Assembly (NCBI GenBank): GCA_963841735.1 | Contig: CAWJDT010000001.1 | Coordinates: forward strand, 160,001 to 224,000 | DNA length: 64,000 bases | Reading direction: 5' to 3' | Origin: an uncultured Actinomycetes bacterium | GTDB lineage: Bacteria; Actinomycetota; Thermoleophilia; RBG-16-64-13 | Part shown: piece after piece, positions 19,296 to 29,413 of the stretch | How the letters are laid out: each line of letters opens with the position of its first letter | Numbering within the stretch: position 1 is the first letter of the stretch | Notes under the pieces: generated by a model | The model's database searches: none | Seen by the model: only the letters and a program-made list of their open reading frames with translations | Told to the model about the DNA's origin: nothing | Made by a program: the position numbers and the translations under genes

Positions 19296-21259
19296 GGCCG
19301 CGACCCGTCATCCGAGAGCTGGTCAAGACCGACCTTGCGCGCTCGTGTCGACCACAACTTGTCCCAGATTCTGGACAGGTACCGGGCTAGGCCGCCCTTG
19401 AGGAACATCACGCTCAAAACAAACAGGCCGCCCATGATCAGATACCAGCGCGCCCCTAGATAGAGACTGGAGTAGTACTCTGCAAGCACGATGACAGCAG
19501 CGCCCAGGCAAGGGCCCCAGAGAGTGCCACCCCCGCCGATGATCACCATCAGCATCGGCCACGCGGACCTCTCCAGCGCAAAGTCTGTGGGCACCATCGT
19601 GTTGTTCTGGTAGGCCCACAGAGCCCCCGCCGCGCCGGCGAAGACCGCGGCCAGGATGATGACCGCGTATTTGGCGCCCCAGGTATTGAAGCCCAGGCTC
19701 TTCATCCGCGATTCGTTGTCGCGTATGCCCACCAACGTCCTGCCAAAACCCGAATGCGTGATGCGGTACATCAAGAGGAACCCCAGCACGAAGATCACCA
19801 GCACTAAGAAGTAGAAACTGAGATTCGTCCACTGGTGCGAACCGAACCAAAGATCGGGCTTCCTGATGCCGGGCAGACCACTCTTGCCTCTCGTCAGCGA
19901 ATTCCACTTTTCGGCTACCACGAACAGCAACTGGCCGAAAGCCATGGTTACAAGGAGGAAGTAGACGCCGGAAACCCGGAGCGATAGGAACCCTATGAAG
20001 GAGGCCAGGGCGGCGCTAAAGAACAAGGCCAGGGGGAATACGATCCAGAACGACGTGATGTCGTAGTTCTTGGTGAGTATCGCAATGACATAGCCGCCCA
20101 TGCCAAAGAAGGCGGCGTGTCCAAACGAGATCAGCCCCGTATGGCCCATCAAGAGGTCGAGGCTCATGGCGAATAGCGCAAATATCAGCACCTTGGTCAT
20201 CAAGGTCTGCTGAAAGGAGCCCACCGAGAGCGGTACGGCTATGAGCGCAGCCAGTACGATAGCGTAGGGTAGATACTTCTTCAGAAGACGCCGCCACGTA
20301 GGCTGAGTTGCGATTGCTGCACCTATAGACGTCGCCTTCCTTGGGGCCTTGCTTTTGTGGGCGGACGCCCTCTCCAGGGCATCCGACGCGTGCTGCCCGC
20401 CCCCCATCCGCTTGCCAAGCAGGCCGGAGGGCCTGAACAGGAGAATGACCACCAGCGCCCCGTAGATGAGATAGGCGGCCGCCTTGGGCGAGTACTTCTC
20501 CCCGAAGGCTTCGAGCAGACCCAGAAACGTGCCTCCAAGCAAAGCCCCTTGAACTGAACCGGCCCCACCCACCACCACGACGATCAGCGAGGTAAGTAGG
20601 GTCGTCCACGCAAGACCGCTTTCTACGCTGTATGTCTGAGAGCCCAAGAGGCCACTTAATCCTGCCACAGCCGAGCCCAGCACGAAGACTCCGGTGAAGA
20701 GCACCTTCAGGTTGACCCCAAGCGCGCTCGCGACTTCCTTGCTGTCCATGCCGGCCCGCACCTTGGCACCGACTTTCGTCTTGTCTTGGAACAGCCAGAG
20801 GAGCAAAGCCATGACCAGGCCAAACGCGATGAGGAAGAAGCGCCACAGAGAGAGCGTGACGCTACCGACCTGTACCGAAGCGGAGAAGATCGAGGGCGAT
20901 ATGCCACTCTGTGGCAGCGTCCCCCATATCCAGGTCGCCGACCCTATGAGCACGTATATGAAGCCGATGGTGAGAAGCACCTGGTCGGCTTCCTGCTTGT
21001 AGAGCCGCCGAAGGAAGCCCGTCTCGATCAGCAGACCGAGCGCCGCGGCGCAAGCCGCGGCGGCCAGACCCCCTACCCAGAAGTTCCCAGTCTGCTTGGC
21101 CACGTACAGGCCTACAAAGGCACCCACCATGTAGAGGGCGCCGTGGGCCATGTTCACGATCCTCATCAGGCCCATGGTCAGGGATAGCCCGGTAGCCAGG
21201 AGGAAGAAGATGGACCCGCGAGAGAGTCCGATAACAAAGACGGACAGCACTTCACCCAT
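19292..21259 (-). CDS. Fused LivH-LivM ABC permease
   Basis: N.AHG..YM and VVVVGG.GS..GA (LivH), followed by G.TG.ISFGHAAF and IIGG.GT.WGP (LivM); many TM segments. Confidence 0.9.
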   Translation of the reverse strand: MGEVLSVFVIGLSRGSIFFLLATGLSLTMGLMRIVNMAHGALYMVGAFVGLYVAKQTGNFWVGGLAAAACAAALGLLIETGFLRRLYKQEADQVLLTIGFIYVLIGSATWIWGTLPQSGISPSIFSASVQVGSVTLSLWRFFLIAFGLVMALLLWLFQDKTKVGAKVRAGMDSKEVASALGVNLKVLFTGVFVLGSAVAGLSGLLGSQTYSVESGLAWTTLLTSLIVVVVGGAGSVQGALLGGTFLGLLEAFGEKYSPKAAAYLIYGALVVILLFRPSGLLGKRMGGGQHASDALERASAHKSKAPRKATSIGAAIATQPTWRRLLKKYLPYAIVLAALIAVPLSVGSFQQTLMTKVLIFALFAMSLDLLMGHTGLISFGHAAFFGMGGYVIAILTKNYDITSFWIVFPLALFFSAALASFIGFLSLRVSGVYFLLVTMAFGQLLFVVAEKWNSLTRGKSGLPGIRKPDLWFGSHQWTNLSFYFLVLVIFVLGFLLMYRITHSGFGRTLVGIRDNESRMKSLGFNTWGAKYAVIILAAVFAGAAGALWAYQNNTMVPTDFALERSAWPMLMVIIGGGGTLWGPCLGAAVIVLAEYYSSLYLGARWYLIMGGLFVLSVMFLKGGLARYLSRIWDKLWSTRARKVGLDQLSDDGSRP

Positions 21260-21351
21260 TCGGAGCCTTGCCTTCTCTCGTCATCGCATGTCCTCCCGCG
21301 ACCATGTCGCCAGCCGCAATATGATGTCCGGTAGATTTCACTTCAGACCTA

Positions 21352-21393
21352 GACGGAGATGTGGGGGAACGGAATCAGTTCCCCCACATCCGT
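21352..21393. terminator. Stem-loop between SBP and permease genes
   Basis: GATGTGGGGGAAC...GTTCCCCCACATC inverted repeat. Confidence 0.55.
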
Positions 21394-21430
21394 CGCTATC
21401 TAGACTTCTGGCGATTCTTTCGTCAACCGT

Positions 21431-22729
21431 CTACTTGCTCAGGCCTTCCGGCGGAACGTCTTCATACGTCTTCACGAGAGCGTACTTGTATATGGGTCCC
21501 ACGTTGGGGATCTCCACCTTTATGACTTCCACGATGTAGAAGGGCTTTGTCGCGGCCTGGCTACCGGCGGCGAAGAACTCCCTGCCTTCGGGACCGACGA
21601 AGTCGGTTGCGAGCAAGGCATCGCGCAGGCTGGCCGGCGACAGGTCAGAAGCAACAGAGTTCGCCGCGGCCAAGAAGAGCTGGCCGCCCTGGACCGCACA
21701 CGCGTAGCCGTCGTCTCCGGGAGGACCATACTTGAGCGTCGGCGTGATCCCCGCGACGTAAGCCAGGTTCACGGGATCCGTAGAATCAGGGTTCCAGGCC
21801 ATAACGGTCTGGGTGCCTATCAGCTTCTCCGCGGTCGCCGGATCGGCCTGCGCTATGGAGTTCATGGCAAACGGGTCCAACATGCCTCCGTGGTACAGGC
21901 CCACGATGTCCATCTTCTTGTCGATACCCAATTCGACGTACTGCTTGAGCATCGAGATGCCCGCGCTGCCACCGTACCAAGTCACCAAGGCGTCCGCGGG
22001 CTCAAGGTTGGCCAGATAGACCGAGTAGTCCTCGCCGTAAGGAGTGTCTTGCCTCTGCACCACTGTGCCACCGAGCGCTTCGTAGTGCGCCACAAAAGGA
22101 TCGAAGAAGGATTTGGCGCCGGTGTCTTCGCCACCAATGACATCGATGGTCTTGTAGCCCAGATCGTTGTAGATGTGATCAGCGATCACAGTCATGGGCT
22201 CGAGAGTCGTACCACCAGAAGCTATGACCCACTCGTTGTCTAGGAGTTCAGAAGGAGTGGGATTGTAGAAGATGATGGGAATGCCAACCTCTTCACAATA
22301 GGCGGCCACGGCCTCTTTCTGAGCTACCTGAGTCGGGCCTATGATGGCGACGACTCCTTCGTTCTCAACCAGTCTTCTGGCCGCCTCGACAGCACCCGCC
22401 GTGTCCGACTTGGCGTCGGCCTCAACGATCTGAACCGGCCGGCCGCCCACCGTGGCGTTTGTCAGCGCGTAATCCAAACCCGCCTTCATGACGAAGCCGA
22501 CATTCTCTTGGTAGCCCGTGAGATCTACGATGTGTCCCACTTTGATGGGTTCGGTGCTTGCCACGGTCGTATCGGTCGAAGCCGCGGTCGTATCGGTCGA
22601 AGCCACAGTAGTGTCGGTGGCCGCACCAGAAGTTGTAGTAGTAGCTTCCTCGCCGCCACACGCAACGGCCGTCATGGCGACGACCAGCAGCAGTACGAGC
22701 AACCCAGCTGACACGTAACGTTTCTTCAT
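21431..22729 (-). CDS. LivJ/K-type ABC substrate-binding lipoprotein
   Basis: Lipobox AVACG, Thr-rich linker, PIKVG.I.DLTG, EAD.KSD...A.EAARRLVE. Confidence 0.9.
   Translation of the reverse strand: MKKRYVSAGLLVLLLVVAMTAVACGGEEATTTTSGAATDTTVASTDTTAASTDTTVASTEPIKVGHIVDLTGYQENVGFVMKAGLDYALTNATVGGRPVQIVEADAKSDTAGAVEAARRLVENEGVVAIIGPTQVAQKEAVAAYCEEVGIPIIFYNPTPSELLDNEWVIASGGTTLEPMTVIADHIYNDLGYKTIDVIGGEDTGAKSFFDPFVAHYEALGGTVVQRQDTPYGEDYSVYLANLEPADALVTWYGGSAGISMLKQYVELGIDKKMDIVGLYHGGMLDPFAMNSIAQADPATAEKLIGTQTVMAWNPDSTDPVNLAYVAGITPTLKYGPPGDDGYACAVQGGQLFLAAANSVASDLSPASLRDALLATDFVGPEGREFFAAGSQAATKPFYIVEVIKVEIPNVGPIYKYALVKTYEDVPPEGLSK
22560..22622. repeat. 21-bp coding tandem repeat (x3) in the SBP linker
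   Basis: gccacggtcgtatcggtcgaa / gccgcggtcgtatcggtcgaa / gccacagtagtgtcggtggcc, encoding (A/S)TDTT(V/A)A. Confidence 0.75.
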
Positions 22730-22998
22730 TGCTCCTCCGTCCCTCTTCTTAAGTAGACCCTATCGATGGAGTTCGGTCGACATGACTCGCTGTCTATTCC
22801 TCTCGGCCCCTCCTTCCGCGCTTCCTGGCCCGCCCTTTGCGTCATCATTGCGTCGCCCTCTTCAACTGGGACATGAATACGCCTATCATGACTGGGAGGC
22901 GCCCATCGTAGCGCGCTCTATAGCTATTTGCAAGGCTGTACTCTATAGTGCGGACTGGCTGGCTACACTAGTCTGCGGCCCGGACCGAGAAGGGGGTG

Positions 22999-23748
22999 AT
23001 GACGGCGAGTAACACAGCACCCGCGACAAGCAAGGAAGACGACCGCCTACCGCCCTATCAGCGGATAGCGGCCATCATCTCGGCACGCGTCGCCGACGGC
23101 ACATATGCTCCCGGAAGCAAGTTGCCGGCCGAACCTCAGTTCCGCACCGAATTCGGCGTGAGCTTGATGACGCTGCGCAAGGCCCTCGCTGTTCTGGCCG
23201 ACCAGGGGCTTGTCCATGCTGAGAAAGGTCGCGGCACTTACATCCGGACTATCGCTCTCACCGACAGCATCTTCAAATTGGAGCAACCCAACAACGGCTG
23301 GCTTGACGAATCCACGGAGAGCAGACTGTTGGGCGTTTCCACGGTGAAGGCCGATCCGCAAGTGGCCGAGAAGCTGGCCATCACTCCGGGCACGCGGGTG
23401 GTCTATCTGAGGCGCCTTATCTTGAAGTGCCAGATACCTGCCATGTACTACATCGAGTACGTGGTCTTTGATGCGCGCAAACCGCTTATCGAATCCCAGC
23501 TGCAACTGACCACGCTTGACGGCGTCCTGCAGGCGGCACGAGGCAGTGGCTTCTCACGGGGCAATGTGAAACTCACGGCGCGGTGTCTCGACGAGGAGGC
23601 CGCCCAGATTCTGCAGGTTCCCGCCTGCTCGGCGGCACTTTGTCTCGAGCATGTCTTTGAGGATGGCACTCGCAAACCGATGAGTTGGGGCCGGTTCCTC
23701 ATGCGCGCCGACTTGTTTCAGCTCTCCGCCCAGCTCGGGCCCGAATGA
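22999..23748 (+). CDS. GntR/HutC-family regulator (wHTH + UTRA)
   Basis: PPYQRI, PGSKLPAE, FGVS.MTLRKAL..L...GL....GRGTY, C-terminal UTRA-like domain. Confidence 0.9.
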   Translation: MTASNTAPATSKEDDRLPPYQRIAAIISARVADGTYAPGSKLPAEPQFRTEFGVSLMTLRKALAVLADQGLVHAEKGRGTYIRTIALTDSIFKLEQPNNGWLDESTESRLLGVSTVKADPQVAEKLAITPGTRVVYLRRLILKCQIPAMYYIEYVVFDARKPLIESQLQLTTLDGVLQAARGSGFSRGNVKLTARCLDEEAAQILQVPACSAALCLEHVFEDGTRKPMSWGRFLMRADLFQLSAQLGPE

Positions 23749-24422
23749 CCAACCTAGGAGCAGGCATGGCAGCGATCGATACTCTCGCAAACGCCCTGGT
23801 GGAACTCGACGAGGAAGGCACCCTAGGCATCGCCCGCGAGATCTTGGCGGAAGGAAACACCCCGACGCTCACCCTTATCAGCGCATGCCAACAGGCCATG
23901 CGCGTGGTGGGGGAGCGATACGAGCGCCAGGAATACTACCTAGCAGGCCTGATCCTAGCCGGAGAGCTGTTCAAGGAGGTCTTGGAGCTTGTAGAGCCGC
24001 AGGACGATGCGCCTCGCCACGTAGGCACCGCGGGCACGATCCTGCTGGCCACGGTCAAGGGCGATATCCATGATATTGGGAAGAATCTCTTCGCTTCCAC
24101 GCTTCGCGGATATGGCTTTGAGGTCGTCGACCTTGGCGTTGACGTGCCCAAAGAAGCCATAGCTGAGGCGGTCAACACATTCAGACCAGACGTCGTCTGC
24201 TTGTCGGGCCTCATCACCACGGCCTTCCAAAGTATGAAGGCCACTGTGGACTTGGTCCGGGCGCAGGTTCCCAAAGGCATGACTGCTCCCCCCGTGGTCT
24301 TGGGAGGAGGCACGGTGGACGATCAGATCTGCCGATACGCCGGAGCCGACTCCTGGAGCAGCGACGCTATCGAGGGCGTAAGGATATGTCTACGCCTGGT
24401 GGAGCAAGCGCGGCAGAGCTAG
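23745..24422 (+). CDS. Corrinoid (B12)-binding protein, MtaC/OdmA-like
   Basis: Cap M..VGERYE..EY.L, then GDIHDIGKN (DxHxxG), DLGVDV, SGL, GGG. ATGA overlap with the GntR stop; alternative ATG at 23766 with AGGAG. Confidence 0.9.
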   Translation: MTNLGAGMAAIDTLANALVELDEEGTLGIAREILAEGNTPTLTLISACQQAMRVVGERYERQEYYLAGLILAGELFKEVLELVEPQDDAPRHVGTAGTILLATVKGDIHDIGKNLFASTLRGYGFEVVDLGVDVPKEAIAEAVNTFRPDVVCLSGLITTAFQSMKATVDLVRAQVPKGMTAPPVVLGGGTVDDQICRYAGADSWSSDAIEGVRICLRLVEQARQS

Positions 24423-24459
24423 CAGGCTGCTGAACCCACGTGCTCTGGGCCCGCTTGCT

Positions 24460-25731
24460 TCAGAGGGAGCCGTACTCGTCTACGGCCTCGCGCAGAGCCA
24501 TCACGTTCTCGGGCAAGGCCTCATCGGGGATACCCAGGTTTGAGTCGATTATCAAGGCGCCCGTGTCTCCAAACATGTCGAGAAGTCTCTTCACATCGTC
24601 TTTGACCTGCTGGGGCGTCCCGGTGCACAAGAGGGAGGCGGGCACGTTGCCCCAAAAACACATCACATCCCCACACATCTCCTTGAACCGCTTGCGGTCT
24701 ATCTGGTCGAAGTGACCCGCTATCTTGCCCGCGGGAAGTTGGGCCAGATATTTGAGCCGAGAGGTGTAGTTGCCTTCGAACAGGAGAATCGGCGTCAGAC
24801 CGGCCGCAATCAGCGCGTCGACCAGTTGCACAAGGGTAGGCCAGTAGAACTTCTCAAACGCCTCTTCGCTCATGTAGTTGTCCGCACCCATATGCATGGG
24901 GACGAACACTCGAGGGTTGCCGCTCGTCCGAGCGACGGCGATAGCAGCGCCAACGGAAGAGGGGTGCATCATCTCGACGGCCGCAAGCAGTTTGTCGGGC
25001 CGCCGGTAGATGTCCAGACTGCTGCCCATCAGACCCCGAAGAAAAGCCGCTACCTGGTCGAAGGCTGCCGCGGACGACGCGTGGAAGGCGTACGGATAGC
25101 CAAGCGCCGCCATCTCTCCGATGTGTGCGCTCAAGGCCGCGTTATTCGCATCGGCCGCGTCGGCCAAACGCAGGAGCGCCTCAAGTGTGCGCCGCATGGC
25201 CGGCTCGGCCACGAGCGTGGCGCCCATATACAGCAGGCTGTAGGCATTCGAAAGCCAGTGAAGAGGTGGGAACTCCGTCTGCCCGAATCCGGAGAACGCA
25301 GTCGCGATGCGCGGCAGGAGCTTCGTCAATGTGAAATGGTCGGGATCCGCCAGGAACTCGTCGTATTCGTCCTCGGCCACCCAATCGTGCTCCACGAACT
25401 GGAAGGCAGCATCGTCGGGCAGATCGCCGCCCGGCCACCTGACCTGAAGAGTGCCCAAGGCCTCAAGGCCTTGAGACGACAGCAACCTGTTGGGCACGGC
25501 GAAGTCCCAGCCAAACGCCAGGTCGGCCTCTTTCGTCGCACTGTAACGCACGGCATCGCCATAACCGGCATCTCGATTGGAGATGCATTTGATCCTCGTA
25601 GGGAAGTAGTGGACCATGAGCGGGATGACCGGCACCCGGTCCGGCTTCTTCAGGGCAACGATGTCGTTGAAGCGCTGCTCGCGCTCGGCGTAGAGTCTAC
25701 CCGACTGGTCACTCAGACCCTTAATTTGCAC
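24460..25731 (-). CDS. UroD/MtaA-CmuA-fold protein, copy 2
   Basis: KPDRVPV, WPG..LPDD..FQF.E, LRG....D.YR.PDK, FEKFYWPTL, CFWGNVP; paralog of 15088..16443. Confidence 0.8.
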   Translation of the reverse strand: MQIKGLSDQSGRLYAEREQRFNDIVALKKPDRVPVIPLMVHYFPTRIKCISNRDAGYGDAVRYSATKEADLAFGWDFAVPNRLLSSQGLEALGTLQVRWPGGDLPDDAAFQFVEHDWVAEDEYDEFLADPDHFTLTKLLPRIATAFSGFGQTEFPPLHWLSNAYSLLYMGATLVAEPAMRRTLEALLRLADAADANNAALSAHIGEMAALGYPYAFHASSAAAFDQVAAFLRGLMGSSLDIYRRPDKLLAAVEMMHPSSVGAAIAVARTSGNPRVFVPMHMGADNYMSEEAFEKFYWPTLVQLVDALIAAGLTPILLFEGNYTSRLKYLAQLPAGKIAGHFDQIDRKRFKEMCGDVMCFWGNVPASLLCTGTPQQVKDDVKRLLDMFGDTGALIIDSNLGIPDEALPENVMALREAVDEYGSL

Positions 25732-25854
25732 GCCCGCTTCCTTCCCCTATCCCACAGACTATGTGGCCGCACGACACGCACCCCGTGTCGCCAGAAGCGC
25801 AGTCTAGCAGCTGTTGGGCCCATGCCGTTACGGCCCAAGTGCCGAGCAGCCCCC

Positions 25855-27594
25855 TCAGCCCTTCTTTCGGAGCCTCTCGGTGGCGGAGCGGTCGATCGCA
25901 TAAGTCAGCGGGTCGATCACCACCTTGTACACGTCTCTGGCCATGCTCACGGAGACCAGCTCATCGACGACGTCAGCGCGCACCGCCTCGGGGTCGCGCT
26001 CCTCGGGCCGGCCCACCCCGGCTCCGCCCCCCGTAAGAGTCGTCAGGCGGTCGCCGTCCTTCAGGTACATGTCGCGGTGTGGTTCGGTGATGTCGATAGT
26101 CTCTGCGCCTCGCTGCACCGACGCCTGGTTCAGCGGGGTATCTCCGCCTCCATGCTGTCCTTTGGCCTGTGTGCTGAAGCCCGACCAAGAGCCGCAGAGC
26201 AGTTTGGAGTCTCCGCCTTCGTTCACCGCCTTCCAGACGACCCCGGGAGCCCCGCGCCAACGGCCGGGCCCGTGCGAGTCGGTGCGGTACTCGTACTGTT
26301 CGATGCGCCAGGGAAAGCGAGCCATCTCCTCCTCGGCGTCGGTCTTGCCCACCACCCCAAGAGTGCCCATGTCGCAGGTGCACTGATATCCGTCATATCC
26401 GGTGACCGCCCCACCACCAGCAGCCGAGCAGAACGAGCTGTACACGTACATACTGTCGGACTCCTGCTCCTTGCCAATGATCAGGGGAGCGATCAGCCGC
26501 GCGTACGGCGAGACGGCTTGTTTCGGCAGGGCTTGAGACATGACATCGAGCACGGTCTCAATGGCCACGCTCCCTGTTATCGCGGTAGCGCTGGCCACCA
26601 GAGCGCCGGGGTTACAGTCCACCACTGAGCCCTCGCGGGTAATCACATGTATGGGCCGCATACTGCCCTCGTTGTGGTAGGCAGCCAGCTCACTGCCCAA
26701 GAAGAGAAAGCTGGTGCAGAGCACGTCGCTCATTAGCGGCGGGTAGTAGCAGTTGATCATGCCGGCCACCTGATCATCCGAGCCGGAAAAGTCGAAGTAG
26801 ATCTCGCCGCCCTTGATAGTGAGCTCGCAGCGGATGGTGACCGGTCGCCCTAGGGCGAGCCCGTCGTCGTCGGTCTGAGCCTCGGCGGTCCACGTGCCTT
26901 CGGGCCACTGCGCGATCTTGGCCCGCACGGCCTTCTCGGTACGCTCGATCATCTCTCTCACGCACGCCGTCACCGTGGCCTTGCCATACTTGTCGAGCAG
27001 CTGCACCATCCGCTGCTCGGCCACGGTGGTGCTGCCCATGAGCGAGGCCATCTCGCGCCGCATCATGTCAGGCAACCGGTTGTTGGCCAGGATCAACTCC
27101 ACCACGTCTTCGCGTAGTACGTTGTCCTCGGCCACCTTGATCATGGGGATATGGAAGCCCTCCGCGATGGAGTCGTGGGCCAAGAAGTGGCTACCGGGCT
27201 GGGCACCGCCGTTATCGGCCACGTGCGTGCCCATGCAGGTGAAGAAGACCAGTTCGTCCTGGTAGAAGATCGGCTTGACGAACACCCAGTCAGGAAGGTG
27301 CACCGCACCTTCACGAGGCAGGTTGGTCAGATAGATGTCGCCCATCTTGATGCGATCGCCGAACTTCTCCTTCACACGGCGGATGGGGTAGGTGCTTGAG
27401 ATCAGGCGTGGCGGGAAACCCTCGGGTATGGCGATCGCCTGGCCTTCCGCGTCCCAGATGCCGTAAGCGAGATCGTGCAGCGTCACCACCAGCACGTTGG
27501 TGGCCGTGCGTTCCGCCGCATACCTCATCTCGCGGCAGACCCTCTGTATGTAGTGCCAGATGGTGGCTACTGCGATAGGGTCTATGGTCGTCAC
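25855..27594 (-). CDS. hyuB: Hydantoinase B/oxoprolinase-family subunit, copy 2
   Basis: DPI....I, HLPD, THVAD.GG..PGS, EG..IP, DFSGSD.Q, EE.MARFP, DS.G.GRWRG, GG.G.G.P.ERDP.AV..DV. Confidence 0.88.
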   Translation of the reverse strand: MTTIDPIAVATIWHYIQRVCREMRYAAERTATNVLVVTLHDLAYGIWDAEGQAIAIPEGFPPRLISSTYPIRRVKEKFGDRIKMGDIYLTNLPREGAVHLPDWVFVKPIFYQDELVFFTCMGTHVADNGGAQPGSHFLAHDSIAEGFHIPMIKVAEDNVLREDVVELILANNRLPDMMRREMASLMGSTTVAEQRMVQLLDKYGKATVTACVREMIERTEKAVRAKIAQWPEGTWTAEAQTDDDGLALGRPVTIRCELTIKGGEIYFDFSGSDDQVAGMINCYYPPLMSDVLCTSFLFLGSELAAYHNEGSMRPIHVITREGSVVDCNPGALVASATAITGSVAIETVLDVMSQALPKQAVSPYARLIAPLIIGKEQESDSMYVYSSFCSAAGGGAVTGYDGYQCTCDMGTLGVVGKTDAEEEMARFPWRIEQYEYRTDSHGPGRWRGAPGVVWKAVNEGGDSKLLCGSWSGFSTQAKGQHGGGDTPLNQASVQRGAETIDITEPHRDMYLKDGDRLTTLTGGGAGVGRPEERDPEAVRADVVDELVSVSMARDVYKVVIDPLTYAIDRSATERLRKKG

Positions 27595-27616
27595 GTTTCT
27601 CCCCCGACGTCACCGT

Positions 27617-29383
27617 TCAGGGCGTCGTCACGGTCGCAAGCATTCTCAGGTGCTCCGTAGCGACGCCATCTAGCTCGAGCGTGTCCGGATCGATAACGAC
27701 CCTGTAAACGTTCCTGGCCATGTCGACAGACACGAGCTCGTTTCTCACGTCGGCCACAACGGCCTCAGGATCTCGCTTGAACGGGTAGCCCAATCCAGCT
27801 CCGCCCGCGCCATGAACAACCACGTGGTCGCCCTTTATCACTTTGAGGGGCCGGTGCGGTTCGACGATATCTATCTTCTCGGAACCCCGAAGCACCCATC
27901 CTTTGTTGAGCGGGGTGGGAAGACCACCGTGTTGGCCCTCACTCGGTATTGTGAGGCCGGTCCAGGTGCCGCCGGTGAAGTTGGCGTCGCCGCCTTCATT
28001 CTCCGCTTCCCAATTGATCCCGGGCGCTCCGCGCCATTGCCCGGCGCCATGTGAATCGGTGCAGAACTCGTATTGATGGATGTGCCACGGGAACCGGGCC
28101 ATCTCCTCCTCGGCGTCCGACTTGCCGACCACCCCCAAGGTCCCCAAATCACACATGCATTGGTACCCGTCGTAGCCAGCCACAGCGCCCCCTCCGGCGA
28201 CGGCGCAGAATGAGGTGTACACATACAGGCCACTCCCATCAGGGTATTGCCCCATCACCGAAAGTGAATCCAAGGGACCGTAGGCGGCGATAGCCTTGTC
28301 GGGCAGGGCCTTAGAGAGCACAGACATGACCGACTCGATCACCAGTCCCCCGGTGATGGCCGGTCCCGCGGCGACCAACGCCCCGGGTTTGCAGTCCACC
28401 ACGGTCCCCTTGCGCGTCTTCACGTGGATCGGCTTCATGCTGCCTTCGTTGTGGTACGCGGCCAGGTCGCTACCCAAGAACAGAAAGGTCGTGCAAAGAG
28501 CGCAGCTGAGCGTTTGCTGATAGTAACTGTTGATCATTCCGGTGACTTGATCGTCACTCCTGGAGAAGTCCAAGAAGACGTCCCCGTCCTTGATAGTGAG
28601 GTCGCACCGAACGTGAACGGGTAGGTTCATGGTACAGCCGTCATCGTCGGTGGCCACATCCGTTGACCATTGTCCTTCCGGCCACTTGGCGATCTCGGCC
28701 CGTACCGCTCTTTCGGTGCGGTCGATCATCTCTCCCACGCTCGCAAGCACCGTTTCTTTGCCGTACTTGTCGAGTAGTTCGACCATCCGTTGCTCGGCAA
28801 CAGCCGTGCTGCCTAGCATCGAGGCGATCTCTCTGCGCATCATGTCGGGCAGCCGGTTGTTCTCCAGCACCAGATCCACCACGTCCTCGCGGAACTTGCC
28901 GTCCTCGAAGATCTTGATCATGGGGATGTTCAGCCCTTCGGCGATGGAGTCAAAAGCCAGAAAGTGGCTGCCGGGCCGCGCCCCGCCGGAGTCGGCGACG
29001 TGAGTGCCCATGCAGGTGAAGAACAGCAGCTCATCCTTGTAGAAGATCGGCCGGATGAAGCTCCAATCCGGCAGATGGATGGCCCCGTCCTTGGGGGAGT
29101 TGGTCAGATAGACGTCACCTGGCCTGATCTTGCCCGCAAACTTCTCCTTGACCCGCCTGATGGGGAAGCTCGAAGAGATCAACCGCGGCGGGAATCCTTC
29201 AGGTATCGCTATGGCCCTACCTTCGGCATCCCATATGCCGTACGCCATGTCGTGAAGCGTCACCACCAGCACGTTTGTCGCGGTGCGTTCGGCGGTGAAC
29301 CTCATCTCTCGACACACCCGCTGGATGTAGTGCCAGATTGTCGCGGTCGTGATCGGGTCGGTTTGAGCTGGCTGCGTCGACAC
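27617..29383 (-). CDS. hyuB: Hydantoinase B/oxoprolinase-family subunit, copy 1
   Basis: Same motif set; tandem paralog of 25855..27594. Confidence 0.88.
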   Translation of the reverse strand: MSTQPAQTDPITTATIWHYIQRVCREMRFTAERTATNVLVVTLHDMAYGIWDAEGRAIAIPEGFPPRLISSSFPIRRVKEKFAGKIRPGDVYLTNSPKDGAIHLPDWSFIRPIFYKDELLFFTCMGTHVADSGGARPGSHFLAFDSIAEGLNIPMIKIFEDGKFREDVVDLVLENNRLPDMMRREIASMLGSTAVAEQRMVELLDKYGKETVLASVGEMIDRTERAVRAEIAKWPEGQWSTDVATDDDGCTMNLPVHVRCDLTIKDGDVFLDFSRSDDQVTGMINSYYQQTLSCALCTTFLFLGSDLAAYHNEGSMKPIHVKTRKGTVVDCKPGALVAAGPAITGGLVIESVMSVLSKALPDKAIAAYGPLDSLSVMGQYPDGSGLYVYTSFCAVAGGGAVAGYDGYQCMCDLGTLGVVGKSDAEEEMARFPWHIHQYEFCTDSHGAGQWRGAPGINWEAENEGGDANFTGGTWTGLTIPSEGQHGGLPTPLNKGWVLRGSEKIDIVEPHRPLKVIKGDHVVVHGAGGAGLGYPFKRDPEAVVADVRNELVSVDMARNVYRVVIDPDTLELDGVATEHLRMLATVTTP

Positions 29384-29413
29384 TCTAGTTCTTCCCCTCG
29401 TCTAAAGCGAAGT

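Noticed and set aside
24712-26628. 638-aa plus-strand ORF, and similar long antisense ORFs at 47730, 52899, 54878 and 57492
   Set aside because: They overlap well-supported minus-strand genes and have shadow-frame composition with no domain motifs.
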